NCBI GenBank assembly: GCA_001949185.1
Contig: BDGG01000003.1
Coordinates: 2,111,663-2,175,662 of the forward strand
Length of the DNA stretch: 64,000 nucleotides
Direction of reading: 5' to 3'
Source: Ramazzottius varieornatus
Lineage: Eukaryota; Animalia; Tardigrada
The notes beneath the pieces are model-generated. The model had not been told where the DNA came from. It made no database searches and saw only the letters and a list, made by a program, of their open reading frames with translations. The translations under genes were made by a program, and so were the position numbers. Positions 1 to 15,241 of the stretch are shown here, piece by piece (the stretch's first letter is position 1; each line of letters begins with the position of its first letter).

Positions 1-323
1 TTGGGGATTTGTCTTTCTGAAGTTTCCGCCACATTTTCCGACTTTTCTTCCAGACTCTGGATCTCCCATCCTTCTTCGGCGACTCTTCGCAGCGCAGCGT
101 TGCTTTTACGGGTTTACCTAACCGGAGGCAACGTGGGAAGACTCTCAACATGCTGTATAGCCAAGATCGACTCGTGCTGACTTGGTTACTTGGTAAGCTC
201 AACATTACTCGTTCGCGCTCGAGCTAATATCCCTTCTCTCAGTGAACGTATATCGGGTTCTGAGACTCTTAACTCAATTAGGCTGCTTTCCAGGATCATC
301 AGGGTGCTGGTTCAGATAGTCAC

Positions 324-3088
324 ATGGCTAGATCGCAAAGAGCTGCAAGAAGTCCGTCAGTTATAGTGATATCATCGGACGACGAAGATTGCAGGCCAAA
401 AAAAGCTTCCACTTCTCCTCAGAACAAGCCAATAAAGACTCCCTCCTCTCCATCCAAGTTTGCTGCAATCATGCAGAATAAGAGCAGGAATCGCTCAACC
501 AGCTCGGAATCAGCGAAGAGCGATCCACCGCAGCGCAAGAAGCAAACTCCTATCAAGAAGGCTCAAAAACTCTCTACTATGAGGAGTGCAAGATCGGAAG
601 TTGTCCAGCGCAATCGTCGCCCAGCCTCTCCAGTGAAGAGAAGTGAGATTGAGCCACAAAATGATCCTTCACCTTCATCATCAAACTCTTCGACAGGCGT
701 TGGAAATCAACGTTCCAAACGACAACGCTTTCGGACTGATTCAGAGTCGGAGTCTTCTTCCCCTCCTCCTCGACGAAAGCCACGTCGTCGCTTCGATCGC
801 GGTAGCTCCGACGAATCCGACTCAGAAGACGACTGGCCTGCTCCAAAAACCGTGGCGTAAGTGTTGAATTTCTGCTTGATATCAAAGACAAAGTTACTGG
901 CCTTTCGACTATGTTAGTACGGTGTCAGTTGAGTTGGGCAAGATTTCCATTTCGGCCACCCCTGAATATGGCTGCTATGATGTCATTTGGCTATGAATGG
1001 TGACCGATTCACCCTTTCTGCCGCGTAATCTCGTTGCAGTTTTTTGATAATGCAAAATTGTTTGGGCGCATTGTATTACTTGTATCTGTTAACTAAATTG
1101 CTCGACATCCTGGGAATATTGTGCAACACTCTCATCCGTTTTGGGTTCTTTTTCTAGTGCAAAGGATCCACAACAGTCGGAGGGAAGACGTAAGCGAGGA
1201 CGACCGAAGAAAGTTACGATGAATCGGGGCCGATCGTCGGATTCCCAGTCGTCGTCTTCGCCCTCTCCGGCACCTTCTCTTCCTCGCACCAGGTACGAGC
1301 GAAAGACTCGACAGCCAAGTCAAGTTGACACTTCCCGTCCTACTCGTGGCGCAAAGCCCACCAGCCAGAGAACTCCACAGAAGATGCCAACGACGTCCGC
1401 TCGCATGAGTTCCGAAGGTACTTTCCGTCGCGAAGAACCACCAAAAGAAAGCAAAGCCCAGCCTGACGGAAAAAAGACACCTCCGCCTGTTTGTGTTCTT
1501 TGTGAACGTTCAGAAGATGACCGAGTGAGGTATTTTCGTATGGACAGCCAAGACGATCTGCATGCACATTACTTGTGCATGTTCACGGCCAGTAACCTTT
1601 CCCAGACGGAAGATGCAAGGGTGAAGAAGGCAGGAACCATATGTGGCTTCTTGTGCGCGAATGTACAGAAAGAGAAGCGACGTGCTAGGTAATGAATACA
1701 TCCACAGGGATATCGGCAGTCAGTTGCGTATGCTAACGTGGGTATTTGTCGCTGTGGTCATGTATGCAGGTGAATGTCGCCTCTGTTATGTATACGGTAG
1801 TTACATTGAGTTGCATGAACTTGCATACACGGATCCCATGTTCACATATGGCTTCATGTATGCACCTATCGTCTAAGGAGTATACGTTTTGTCCGCCGAT
1901 ATCTCCTGATGATTCGTTGTTCGATTCACAGTTTCCTGCTGGTATCGTTCGATTAACCTGAACTTCGTTTTGGTTTCAGCCGGTTACACTGTAAGTACTG
2001 CAAAAAGCGCGGAGCAGCAGTGGGTTGTGCGGTGAAGAGCTGTAGGGCCAGCTACCACTATCCCTGTGGTGTGGAGAACAAGTGCTTCTACCGCTTCCAT
2101 GGCTCTTTTGAGTCTTTCTGTCCAGACCATATCCCAACCAAGCAGTTTGCGAGGCCGAAGGACACGAAGAACGTAAAGAAGGAATGCGTGATCTGCTTGG
2201 ACGAACCCGACCTGAAGAATAAATTCGACACGCTGGTTACGCCGTGTTGTAATCGCGCGCTGCATCGCGAATGCTTGGCTGGACATGCGGTGAATGCTGG
2301 GAAACATTTTCTGAAATGCCCCAGCTGTAACATGGTCGACAATTTCAAAAGCTTTTGCGAACAGGTAAGATGCGTTAAAGTAGTTAGAGAACTACGGAAG
2401 TTCGCTCTTTTCACTTACCTGCATACTGACGTACATGACTTACGAATGGTTTCCCGTATTCAGGTGCATGACTCTTGTTAGCTGTTCGGGGTCATGCACC
2501 TGAGTACATTGTATTCGCAGTTTTGTGGAAAAAAGCTGTATGGTGGATAAAATGTGGTTCCTGGTTGTAGTTTTACACCTGCATACTGACCTATGCGCTC
2601 AGTGAATAGTGTATTGTATGCAGGTGCATTGAAGGTGTTTTAAACGATACTTTGGTCGAAATGTGTTGGTGTTTTAGGTTGGGATTCATGTGCCGAATGC
2701 CGATGCCACTTGGATGGCCGATGAAGAAGCTGAGCGCGAACGAGAAGATCAAGAGCCTGAAGAAGACATTCCTTGTGCAGCCGACGACTGCATGTGCCCC
2801 AACGGAAAGACCTTCGATGAGAACGTGGCAGGTAGAGACTGGAATATTGAAGTGTGCTCGAACGGCTGTCAAAAGCAGATGCACGCTGCCTGTATGAAGC
2901 ACATTGGCACCAAGGGCAAGGATCAACGACATCTGTGTGCGGAATGCTTCGACCTGGAAGTGATGATCGAGAAACGACTGGGACGCAAGATCAACCTGGC
3001 CCAACCTGCACGAGCCAGCCAAAGCGGAAGTCCAGAAATCCCGATGGTCAGACCGACGCGACGAGGTCGATCTTCTGGGGCAAGTTAG
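324..3088 (+). CDS. PHF7/G2E3-like (pineapple-eye-like) PHD/RING finger protein without HECT domain; 4 coding exons (324-856, 1158-1688, 1980-2364, 2678-3088)
   Basis: GT-AG splices keep the frame. A Ser/Arg/Lys-rich N-terminus is followed by ePHD (CVLC...HYLC...CKYCKKRGAAVGCAVKSCRASYHYPCG...FCPDH), a RING-like CVIC...PCC...HREC...CPSC, the GIHVPNADATW motif (G2E3/PHF7 GIxIPxxDAxW) and a C-terminal PHD (CAADDCMC...CSNGC...HAAC...CAEC). Confidence 0.85.
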
Positions 3089-4094
3089 AAGCGAGTGTAA
3101 CTCTGGAAGCTGGTTTTGAGTAAGGTGTTTTTTTATCTAGGGGAATAGATATGTACGAGTACCCAAAAGATACTCTTATTTCAGGTTCTAGTTCGAAACT
3201 TCTTAGACGCTGCCAGAACTGGAAATTGAATTGGCAGGGGTGCGGAATGATACGAAGGCTGCGTGTCTTTACGAGTACGGACCACGTTGGACCGCTTTCG
3301 GTTTTTTTCTGTTCTGCGAAACTTTTTTTGTCATTTTTGCCGCTTCTTTCTCGCGCAAAGTAACACTGTTTTTGGGATGAACGTTTACAATGTCTGTCCA
3401 CGATTTCCTGCTTTTGTTGAGTCCCTTATTTTGAGGGTCTCATGGCTTACATTGTACTGCGGTACTTGTGTGAGGATGTCTGTTGTAACGAAGTTCTGAA
3501 CACGCGTAAGATGTACGGATGTGACGGAAAGCAGTGAATCCTGGAATGATTGGATTAGGGAAGTGTAGCCTTTGGCGATCTAAATTCCGGAAATGCACTC
3601 TGTGACGCCTCTTGCGTAGGTTGCCTTTTGAAGTTGAGCTACAGATCCTGATTTCATTTAGGCCATTGTGCGAATGTGTCGTGAACAATTGATGTGGAAC
3701 GACAAGGAAGGAAGGCCTGCTGGGAAGGAAAGTAACGGCACGCTGAGCGTGAATGGACTCGCGGGCTCCGAAAGGTTACTTAGCCACTGTTATCCCTTCG
3801 GCAATTAGCAACACCTTTCACGACCAATTTGTTATGGGCAAAAAACACATTAACTCCCTTTTACTTATTCTGTGCTTCATCCAGCATGAAGACTATGGAC
3901 GACCTCCCGCGTGAATTAACAAACAGGGTTCGAGCCTGCGATGTACTTTCAGTCGCACCTTTTTTCTCAGAATGTAAACAGTTGCAAACTGCAATAACAC
4001 ACTTCGTACGTGTTTGTGGTGAAATGAAAATCGTGTTAAGACTGTAAATCGTACCAAGAGTGTTAAGAGTAGCAGTTTCCCAACGTACAGTTGG

Positions 4095-4456
4095 AACGTA
4101 GGCAAAAGAGAGGAACCAAATCGTTTCCCCCAAGTGGCGCAGACTTTCGCTGATGCCGGTGCGAACGTACGCCACTTCCGGCAGCGATCGGTTCAATACA
4201 TGGGTGCTGGGCAGAGTTCCTCAGCCTTTTGCGGTCACGACGTAGAGGTAAGGCTGATGAAATTTAACATGGGACAAGGGAGGGTTTACGGGGTGTTTGG
4301 GTATCCCATGTTAATCCTTGGCTTTCACGCAGCAGCCAAAACCCTTCACCTTGGTTCAACCTTGCCCTTGTCCATGCAAATTCGATCAACTATGACTCTA
4401 TGTCGTGACCCTAGAGGGCTGAGGAGCTCTGCCCAGTACCCACATTTGCCCACGTT
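4095..4456. repeat. Hairpin/MITE family A copy 1, interrupted by a nested insertion
   Basis: AACGTAGGCAAA...CAAGTGGCGCAG-N24-GTACGCCACTT...; the right arm resumes after 4445 as TTGCCCACGTT. Confidence 0.7.
4202..4441. mobile_element. 240-bp palindromic MITE with 4-bp TSD (ACAT), nested in family A copy 1
   Basis: Termini GGGTGCTGGGCAGAGTTCCTCAGCC / GGCTGAGGAGCTCTGCCCAGTACCC; imperfect inverted symmetry over most of its length; ACAT at 4198-4201 and 4442-4445. Confidence 0.75.
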
Positions 4457-5123
4457 TCAATTTGAGTCAAAGTTCCCTGACGTCATCCGGAAGTTCAGGT
4501 TTCCGTGGAGCTTTGTCGTCGGACGGGTAATCCGAGGTCGGGACCTACTCCGGCACTTTCTAGCCTGGAGTGAACCGCCGTTCTGCTGTGACTCTTACCT
4601 CATGGGCGGTACTTCCGGTGGGAACTGGATCGATGTTGAATGCAAAACACTGAGCACGCCTCCATAATGCAGCTTTTGTGTTACCACGTCCTGAAAAGGC
4701 TTGACTGGGTTCTGGGATAACACGACGACCCACGCCGATTTAACACATTTCCATGAGAAATCGCGAGGTTCTGTTGCGCGGTATTCTTTGTACGAACGTA
4801 GCCATACATAAGTAAGTGTTTAACTCCGGATTCGCGGTCCTATCGAGGGAATAGTTTTTACACATCAGACGGAAGTCCAATGTTTAGCTTCTCGAGCTAC
4901 CGCTTCATACAAGTAGCCTTTTGATCTCCAGGGAAAATATTTTCCTTTCCGTACGAACTTCGGACCACCTTACCAAAAGCTTATCTGACAGAGTCCTTTG
5001 TCGCTTACTGTTCTTTACGAAATCTGTTCCTTCCCGCGTCACGTGGCTATCTTTTTGCACTCATATTTATCATTCATCGCCAACAGTCTGGGCTTCTGCT
5101 CTAGGCCCTTCCTGACCACCAGA

Positions 5124-5543
5124 ATGAATAACCGACTGGTCACCTTGGTCTTGGGCTCCATCGTCCTGCTTACCGTACCCGCTCTGCTTACTTCGGCCCC
5201 GGTACAAAGCGTCGAAAAACCAACACCGGTACTCCGACAGCTGAATGACAATGTGAAAGCCGAAAACGGTATATCTGAGGAGCGGTTTCAGGCTGGCCAT
5301 CATTTCGGCACTGGTGGAATACGGAGAGCGGACCCTTTCGCGGAGTACGGTCACATTCGCTTTGGAAAACGGGCACCTCCGTCATTCGGCGATTATGGAC
5401 ATCTGCGCTTCGGAAGACGAGCCGTGAACGGACCTAACTTCAAAGAGTATGGACACCTCAGGTTTGGGCGGTCAACAGGAGAAACGGTCGACGAAGCGGA
5501 CATTTACAAACACGACTTCGATGACATTAACGATGTGGAATAG
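5124..5543 (+). CDS. SK: Sulfakinin neuropeptide precursor (139 aa, three paracopies)
   Basis: Hydrophobic signal peptide MNNRLVTLVLGSIVLLTVPALLTS; peptides ADPFAEYGHIRF-G, APPSFGDYGHLRF-G and AVNGPNFKEYGHLRF-G flanked by RR/KR/RR/R sites. The (D/E)YGH(M/L/I)RFamide motif is diagnostic. Confidence 0.93.
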   Translation: MNNRLVTLVLGSIVLLTVPALLTSAPVQSVEKPTPVLRQLNDNVKAENGISEERFQAGHHFGTGGIRRADPFAEYGHIRFGKRAPPSFGDYGHLRFGRRAVNGPNFKEYGHLRFGRSTGETVDEADIYKHDFDDINDVE

Positions 5544-7133
5544 TCGATTTTCTATTTCTGAGGAACCTAGATGTGTCGTCCCCACAGCGGTTCCTCCCAA
5601 ATATGTTTGTGATTGTTGGTGTCTAACTTATCGTCTCGAGATCTTTCTCATCATGTATCACCTCTTTTTCGCCTTATCCCCGTTCGGAATAAGCACAATG
5701 AATCTATATTACGTTTTATGAATAGTACATTCGTCAAACCCTTGATGCTGTGTAATATATTCTGGTCAGGACAGAAATTCGACGTGCAAGATTATCACAT
5801 CATTTCTCACATCTGCTTCATGAAGTTTCACGCATTCTGTAGCTCAGATGCGGAGACCCTACAGCGCCAATTCGTGCTGCCAAACACATTTATGGATCGG
5901 TTGTGTATTGCCTGATCTCTTGGCAATATCTGCATGTTTGAACTTCGTCCCATTAAGTTTCCGTCTCATCGCAGGGCTAATGGGTCGCCGTAATTCATGT
6001 TCAAGAATTCAAAAGGATGAAGGTAACCCTTTGTCGTCAGTGACCCGGAAGTTCTTCCCATCGAAATTGATATCTTTAAAATAGCTTTGCTCCTCTCGAG
6101 ATGTATGGCGTGGTGGATGGTATAATAGCTGTGTTAAAGGAGTTCGCGAAACCGAACGTTGTATATATATCTATCGAAGCGGAAGAGACGTTCGACCACG
6201 CCCCAGGCTAGCTTTCTCCGATAAGTCGAATTTACTTGCATAGTCTGCGACTGTGTGTGAGTCCCTATGATCAAAAGGTCTTGCTCGGAAATACGTAACC
6301 ACTTCCTAAACAAATGACAGAGTATCAACTCCCGGTACGAGGACAACATGAGAGAATTTTTTGTAGAGGAGATTGGACAGCAAAAAGAATCGGTAATTTT
6401 TGGACGATCACTTGAAATACAGAGCTGCGGTTTGTGTCTGCAGAGTATTTGCTTCTAGATTTTTCGATACTCGTAGGCAAAACCTGTGCTATCATCTGAA
6501 CGTGATGCAAAAGGCTTCTGATGGGTAGGACTCTGATGCTTAGCTCAACAAGTCTGTTGCGTGTACGTCGTGCGGCAAAAACCGTACAGCAACGCTGAAG
6601 TACTCACTTGGCTGCATGACCGGTTAGGAATTTAGAAAACCTTTTCCTCGAAAACATCGAGTTTCAGCTGGTTTTCCACCTGTTGCGGCGTCAGGTACGG
6701 TTTGATAGATCCACGTAGGAGCAAAACAACAATTAGGCAGTTTAAGTTCGATAAAAGACGAGGTAGGGACTCAGAATCGGAAACACTCCGAGCACCGCGA
6801 ACTTTCGGCGCACCAGATTCCACCAGCACTTGCCTCCAGAAGCTGCTTTTTCCGGACACCGGCCCTTCTTTGTCGATTAAACTCAATTACGGCTTGCTAC
6901 AGGGTTGAAAGACTGTCAAACGTTTCCTCAGATTACTCACTGTAGAGCCCATTGGTCACTAACTTAGGATAAAACTTCAAATTTCAACAAAAAAGAGACA
7001 TCTAGGGAAAGAAATGTCAGATAATCACAACGGGTTGGTAAACAGGCACGGCAGATATGGTCAAAAGAAGTTCGTTAGTTTTACGCAAGGCACGTAGCTA
7101 TGCAATTTGCTAATGACGTTGATAGTGTCCGGC

Positions 7134-10416
<3,283 letters not shown>

Positions 10417-11203
10417 TGTGACAGGCTGCAGTGGTCGAAGGCGTAACGCCGGTTACTCTGCTTTCACCCGAAATGCAGGTTTTAACAATACAAGAAGGTG
10501 GTACTGGTGGTACCGCTCGTGTTATCTAGCTCTTCTGGCGATTAGATATAATCATAGATGACATAGAATAAATTCGAACGAGGATGCGCGAAAAGGCACC
10601 TTGATCAAGCCCACTCAATCAACGGTACGTTCTAGCGCTTGCCCAATCAGCTGACTGCGTTATGCAACAGGCTGATGCGACGTCACGGTACCCTCGAGAA
10701 CCATAACAAACCAGATGGCGCGCCACTCGGGCCACAACGAACAACACTTGCAATTTTCCTCCGACTTTCAGAAATTCGTCGAGCTAGCGCACAAAGCGAC
10801 CCGCCGTCTTTTAAGAAAAAAACAACGCACGGCAGGAAGGTCCTGATTATGGTAGCCGAAAGAGAGAGCAAGGCACACGACTATCATTCTGTGTAAACTA
10901 CACGTGTACCTGTTGAGTGCGGAGTCTCTTGATGATGTTGCATTCCAAGTCCGAGCAGCTGCTAAAGACGCAGGTAGTGGAAGAGGAGGATCACAGTAAC
11001 ACTTGCGCTACCGGAACAAGTGCAATGACCCTGCGGGGCGAAGACGTGACGGTGAAAGACGGCCTAACAAACGTGCTCCAGACTCCAGATGAAAATAATT
11101 CGAGATTTCTGAATTCTGATTTCCGAATTTCTGCCTTGCCGATTTTCCGCTGACACGTTGACAGTAGCGGTCACCACGGCATGACCAAAATTGTGGTATG
11201 GGG

Positions 11204-11319
11204 CAGGCTGGCATGGACGTACCGGTAGAGTCACTCGTATCGGCCTGCAAATTTTGCCGCCCGCAGTGCTGGTTGTTGAGCCATTGTATGATTTATACCG
11301 GTACATCCATGCCAGCCTG
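11204..11319. mobile_element. 116-bp mini inverted-repeat element
   Basis: 24-bp arms CAGGCTGGCATGGA(C/T)GTACCGGTA at 11204-11227 and 11296-11319, one mismatch; no TSD seen. Confidence 0.6.
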
Positions 11320-11458
11320 GGCGTTTCATCACGGATTATTTTGTTGTGTTTTCTCTTTATTTTCTCCCCACAGAAGTGATAGAACCTTTCCATCCCCAAA
11401 CTTGAGCATATAGGTTGAAGGCAGTGTTGTTCCGATATGACTTTTTATATTTCAATTA

Positions 11459-13016
11459 CAATTACGATTAATCAGAATACCCCGGGCTGTAGCAATTTCA
11501 ATTATCTGACATGGGCTCACGAGGGGGATTATGCTTGTCCTCCGCCTTCCTGAAATATTCCGACATGATAGAATGATGGAGAAGAGTCTGCTCTATCGTC
11601 TGAAACAGGCGTAGCTTGCGCAATGAAATTCTGGAAGACACTACAGGAACCGGAAGTGACGTCAAAATCTGGGCGCTACACACCTATTGATTTTATCGAC
11701 CTCAAGAATTTTGCGAAACTCAACTTCAGATTGTCGAGGAAGGTAAATCTTACAGAAGTGATATTCTTCGTAAAAGTGGTGAAAGCATAGAGGAGCTTTA
11801 CACCATCCACATTTCAGAAGCAAGGAACGCTCACATTTATCATGGTCACAACGATGCGTTGTTGTGGTCAGAGTAAGAATCCAGGCCTACGGGAGAGACT
11901 GTCTGTCGAATGCTGATCAGAGTGGATTCGAGTACAAGATAAGACCAGGTCGAACTCTGGATTTCGTCGGTGCAAAGCACCTTTTAGCACTCACACAGTC
12001 TCAGAACTCGATGACTCACAGCTACACGGCTATGATGTGCGTTTCACCAGGTGTCCGCAAGTCTCTGCCCGTTCTCTTCATCACGCTGCAAGAACCCAAA
12101 GGAATCTTCAGACCACTTGTGAAAAAGTCCATGTTTAAAGCTAGTAATCTGTATGTCACTGCTTCCACGTCTGGCAAGATGACCAAGGACCTCTACATCG
12201 AATGGTGCGAGAAGGTTTTCTTTCCGCACATGAATCAGCACTGTATATATTCCTTGCTGATTCTTGGTCGACGTTTTCTGACCAAGAAGCCGTAGATGAA
12301 GTCAAACCGGAAGAAATGGAATATGAAATGATCACCATATCACTCAAAGTCGCCGGTCAGATTCAACCACTGGACGTTCTCTGCACCCGAACGTACAAGG
12401 GCTATCTTAGGAAGGTTCCGAACTGGATATTCCTGAACAATCAGGCGGTTCAAGTCCACCATCGGGACGTCATATTGAAAATGCATTCCCTGATTCACCA
12501 GCAGTTTACTTCCCGTAGATTTTCTAACCTCATTGCTCAAGCTTGGCATTTGTCAGGTTATGTCGACAGATCCGTAGAATATGTCAACCCCACAGAATTC
12601 TGTTTCCAAGGACTGACTGGTCGTTGTGACCATGATAAATGTGAGCGTTCCTTGCTTCTGAAATGTGGATGGTGTAAAGCTCCTCTATGCTTTCACCACT
12701 TTTACGAAGAATATCACTTCTGTAAGATTTACCTTCCTCGACAATCTGAAGTTGAGTTTCGCAAAATTCTTGAGGTCGATAAAATCAATAGGTGTGTAGC
12801 GCCCAGATTTTGACGTCACTTCCGGTTCCTGTAGTGTCTTCCAGAATTTCATTGCGCAAGCTACGCCTGTTTCAGACGATAGAGCAGACTCTTCTCCATC
12901 ATTCTATCATGTCGGAATATTTCAGGAAGGCGGAGGACAAGCATAATCCCCCTCATGAGCCCATGTCAGATAATTGAAATTGCTACAGCCCGGGGTATTC
13001 TGATTAATCGTAATTG
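11459..13016. mobile_element. Fold-back derivative of a Tc4/Tc5-like (DD37D) DNA transposon: 396-bp inverted arms made of the element 3' end plus 61 bp of flank
   Basis: 11459-11854 is the reverse complement of 12621-13016 (one mismatch seen). The family terminus CGAGGGG(G)ATTATG starts at 11520 after TCA. The interior encodes transposase. Confidence 0.85.
11864..12813 (+). pseudogene. 5'-truncated, frameshifted DDE_1 (Tc4/Tc5/pogo-like) transposase
   Basis: NADQSG (D1), LADSW (D2) and QPLDV (D3) with 37 residues between D2 and D3; C-terminal CxxxxC...CxxC...CxxH cluster; 2-bp slippage in TGTATATATTCC near 12245 shifts the frame; N-terminal DNA-binding part absent. Confidence 0.85.
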
Positions 13017-13087
13017 CGCAACCCCCTACGGGGGTGCATCGTTACGTACAAGCACGTACTGCGCGGATGCAGCGAATATCTACAGTA
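13013..13087 (-). repeat. Half copy of the MITE at 59008-59151
   Basis: TTGCGCAACCCCCTACGGGGGTGCATCGT...GCAGCGAATATCTACAGTA matches the reverse complement of 59006-59078. Confidence 0.75.
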
Positions 13088-13159
13088 ATCGAAATCCAGC
13101 TCGCGACAGCAATTGTAATTATTTCAATTGTTGTAGTTTGTTTTTGAAATTCGGATATG

Positions 13160-13523
13160 TGGAAGGAGCTAGGGTTGTTGATAATTGGACAGAGGGTTGA
13201 ACGGTTGAATAGGGTGCGATAGGAGGTTAGATATTCGGTTGGATAAAATTTTGTTCGGATTTACACCGTCACTTCGCTTTGGCTTCGTAACTCTTCGAAA
13301 CTTTAAACTTCCTCGTCTTTTCGCCATCATNNNNNNNNNNNNNNNNNNNNNNNNNNNNNNNNNNNNNNNNNNNNNNNNNNACTTCCTCGTCTTTTCCCAT
13401 CATCATCATTCATCATGGAGGCTTCGGCACCCTTCAAGTTCCAACCGAATATCTAACCTCTTATCGGACGCTATCCAACCGTTCAACCCTTTATCCAATT
13501 ATCAAACCCCCTAGCCCCGTCCA
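13160..13523. mobile_element. MITE with ~80-bp imperfect TIRs spanning a gap
   Basis: CTAGGGTTGTTGATAATTGGAC...GGTTAGATATTCGGTTGG is inverted to CCAACCGAATATCTAACC...CCAATTATCAAACCCCCTAG. Confidence 0.65.
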
Positions 13524-13600
13524 CCCTGACAACACATTCTCCACTGTCCATGTGAAGTGCACATCTGGAAAACCTTCAACAACCCTAGGAGACTGGGATC

Positions 13601-13725
13601 CAGTGTTGTTCTGATCATTACAATTGATAATTGAAAATAGTCAGAAACGATCGTTCTGGAATTCCAATATGACAATTGAAATTGAAAATCCCGGACTGGG
13701 CAATTCCGCTAATTGATTAACACTG
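13601..13725. repeat. CAGTGTT...AACACTG-bounded MITE remnant; related start at 11422
   Basis: Terminal CAGTGTT/AACACTG with AATTG/CAATT-rich interior, similar to 11422-11510. Confidence 0.45.
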
Positions 13726-13737
13726 AAAAGACCACGC

Positions 13738-14334
13738 TAGCGCTGGCAGAAAGTTCGATACGATGTTCTCCGATACGATATCGGCGGATATGTTATTGCG
13801 GTCTTCGATATTCATTCAATATCGATATTTCGATACGATATTTTTCTGATACTGTATTTTCGATATATCGTATCATATCGCAGCGATATATCGATATTTC
13901 TGGAATTTTAGTTTTTCAGAATTCCACTGGTTCAAGCCCAAAAACTCAAGAAGCCGGTTTCCACATAAGGTAATAGTAAGATCGAAAGCGTCGGACGCAG
14001 CAAAGACATGACTATATCCAGACTTCAAACACATGGAAACGTGGACGGAATCAGTACCACAACCGAACGGGCCGAGTGTGCTCGGTACACCATGACCAAA
14101 GTCAAGTCTTCGAAATCAAGTATGGTCTTCCGTAAACGAGATATCACTGGCGAGTTCGCCATTCAGCAAAATACCGATATATCGATAATATATCGATATG
14201 GCGCGATACGATATCGCCGAATTCGATACGAGTTTCATGTCGATATTTTCGATACGATATCTGCCGCATATTTTATCGCAAAGATTCTATATATTTCGAT
14301 ACGATATCGGCATACCGTATCGTTGCCAGCACCA
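13738..14334. mobile_element. Non-autonomous hAT element with CGATA/TATCG subterminal repeats
   Basis: Short TIR TAGCGCTGGCA / TGCCAGCACCA; perfect 8-bp TSD GACCACGC at 13730-13737 and 14335-14342; dense CGATA repeats at both ends. Confidence 0.85.
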
Positions 14335-14445
14335 GACCACGCAATTCCGAGCTCTAGGAGTACAAGGGGGGTTAGATTACCTTCCCCAATTTTTAACTGG
14401 CGCCAATCACCACATGTACGCTTCGCACTTTTCGAGTAAAATGCG

Positions 14446-15241
14446 CCGAGCTGTTACTGATCTAAACCATATGGTTTGGTTTGGTTTAGGTGGTGGTTTG
14501 CATGCGATACGGTTTAAATGAAAATGGTTTCTCCCGCAAATCACCAAAAGTGGTCTGGTTTGAAGATCAGACCATTTAAACCAAACCACATAAACCACCG
14601 GTTTGAACCGGCTTGCGAACACTTTTTTGAACCCCAGTAAATAGTAAATTCTGACACAGTTTTCTTCAGTTGACTAATCAACAAAAAATAACCACCGAGG
14701 ACATACGAAGTTGAGCGACCGTTGCTGGTTTCCCTACAAACAGACGCAAACAGGCAAAACAGGCGCGTGCTGGAATTAAAAAAGCGCCATGGCAAGCCAT
14801 CCGGTAGTGCAATCATTTTTCCACCAGCAGTGTTGTTCAACACTGCCGGAACACTGCGATTCTTACCTGACGGAAGGCGTAGTTCTGATGTCACGCAGTG
14901 CTAACCCAGTTAAAGCTGTGCATCACGTGGCATTCAGAACGACGTGGCTGCGTACGGTGGCAGTGGGGAGAAAACGATTCACACTGTCAGACGGCCAACT
15001 TCGGCCCGACTTCTAGCACAGAATCTGCAGTTTTGGTATGAAATTTCACTTTACCGCAAACCATATTAAACCACATAAACCAGTGGTTCATATGGTTTGG
15101 CGTGAGATCGAAACCAGTTTGAGCGGTTTGGTTTGAGATGCCATATGGTTTGAGGTGGTTCGGTTTGGACGTCAAACCACAAACCACATAAACCATATAA
15201 ACCAATTTCTAAGTGGTTTGGTCTGGTTTTTAACAGCCCTA
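14446..15241. mobile_element. hAT-like MITE with AAACCA/TGGTTT subterminal repeats
   Basis: Ends (C)CGAGCTGTTA / TAACAGCCCTA; AAACCA clusters at 14460-14610 and 15050-15230; partial TSD (AAAATGCG vs AAAATAGC). Confidence 0.6.

Noticed and set aside
4134-4667. 177-aa ORF upstream of sulfakinin
   Set aside because: Runs through two nested palindromic repeats and has no protein-like features.
6134-6657. Possible small spliced gene on the minus strand (MFSRKRFSKF...|LVELSIRV...)
   Set aside because: One in-frame splice is possible, but there is no recognisable domain and the downstream exons are ambiguous; not enough support.
11498-12977. Twin 61-aa ORFs (MCSAQILTSL...) on opposite strands
   Set aside because: By-product of the inverted arms; they lie in non-coding TIR sequence.
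13306-13405. Direct repeat flanking the N gap (also 17216-17238 versus 17289-17311)
   Set aside because: Near-identical sequence on both sides of a fixed 50-N gap is typical of unmerged contig overlap, not biology.
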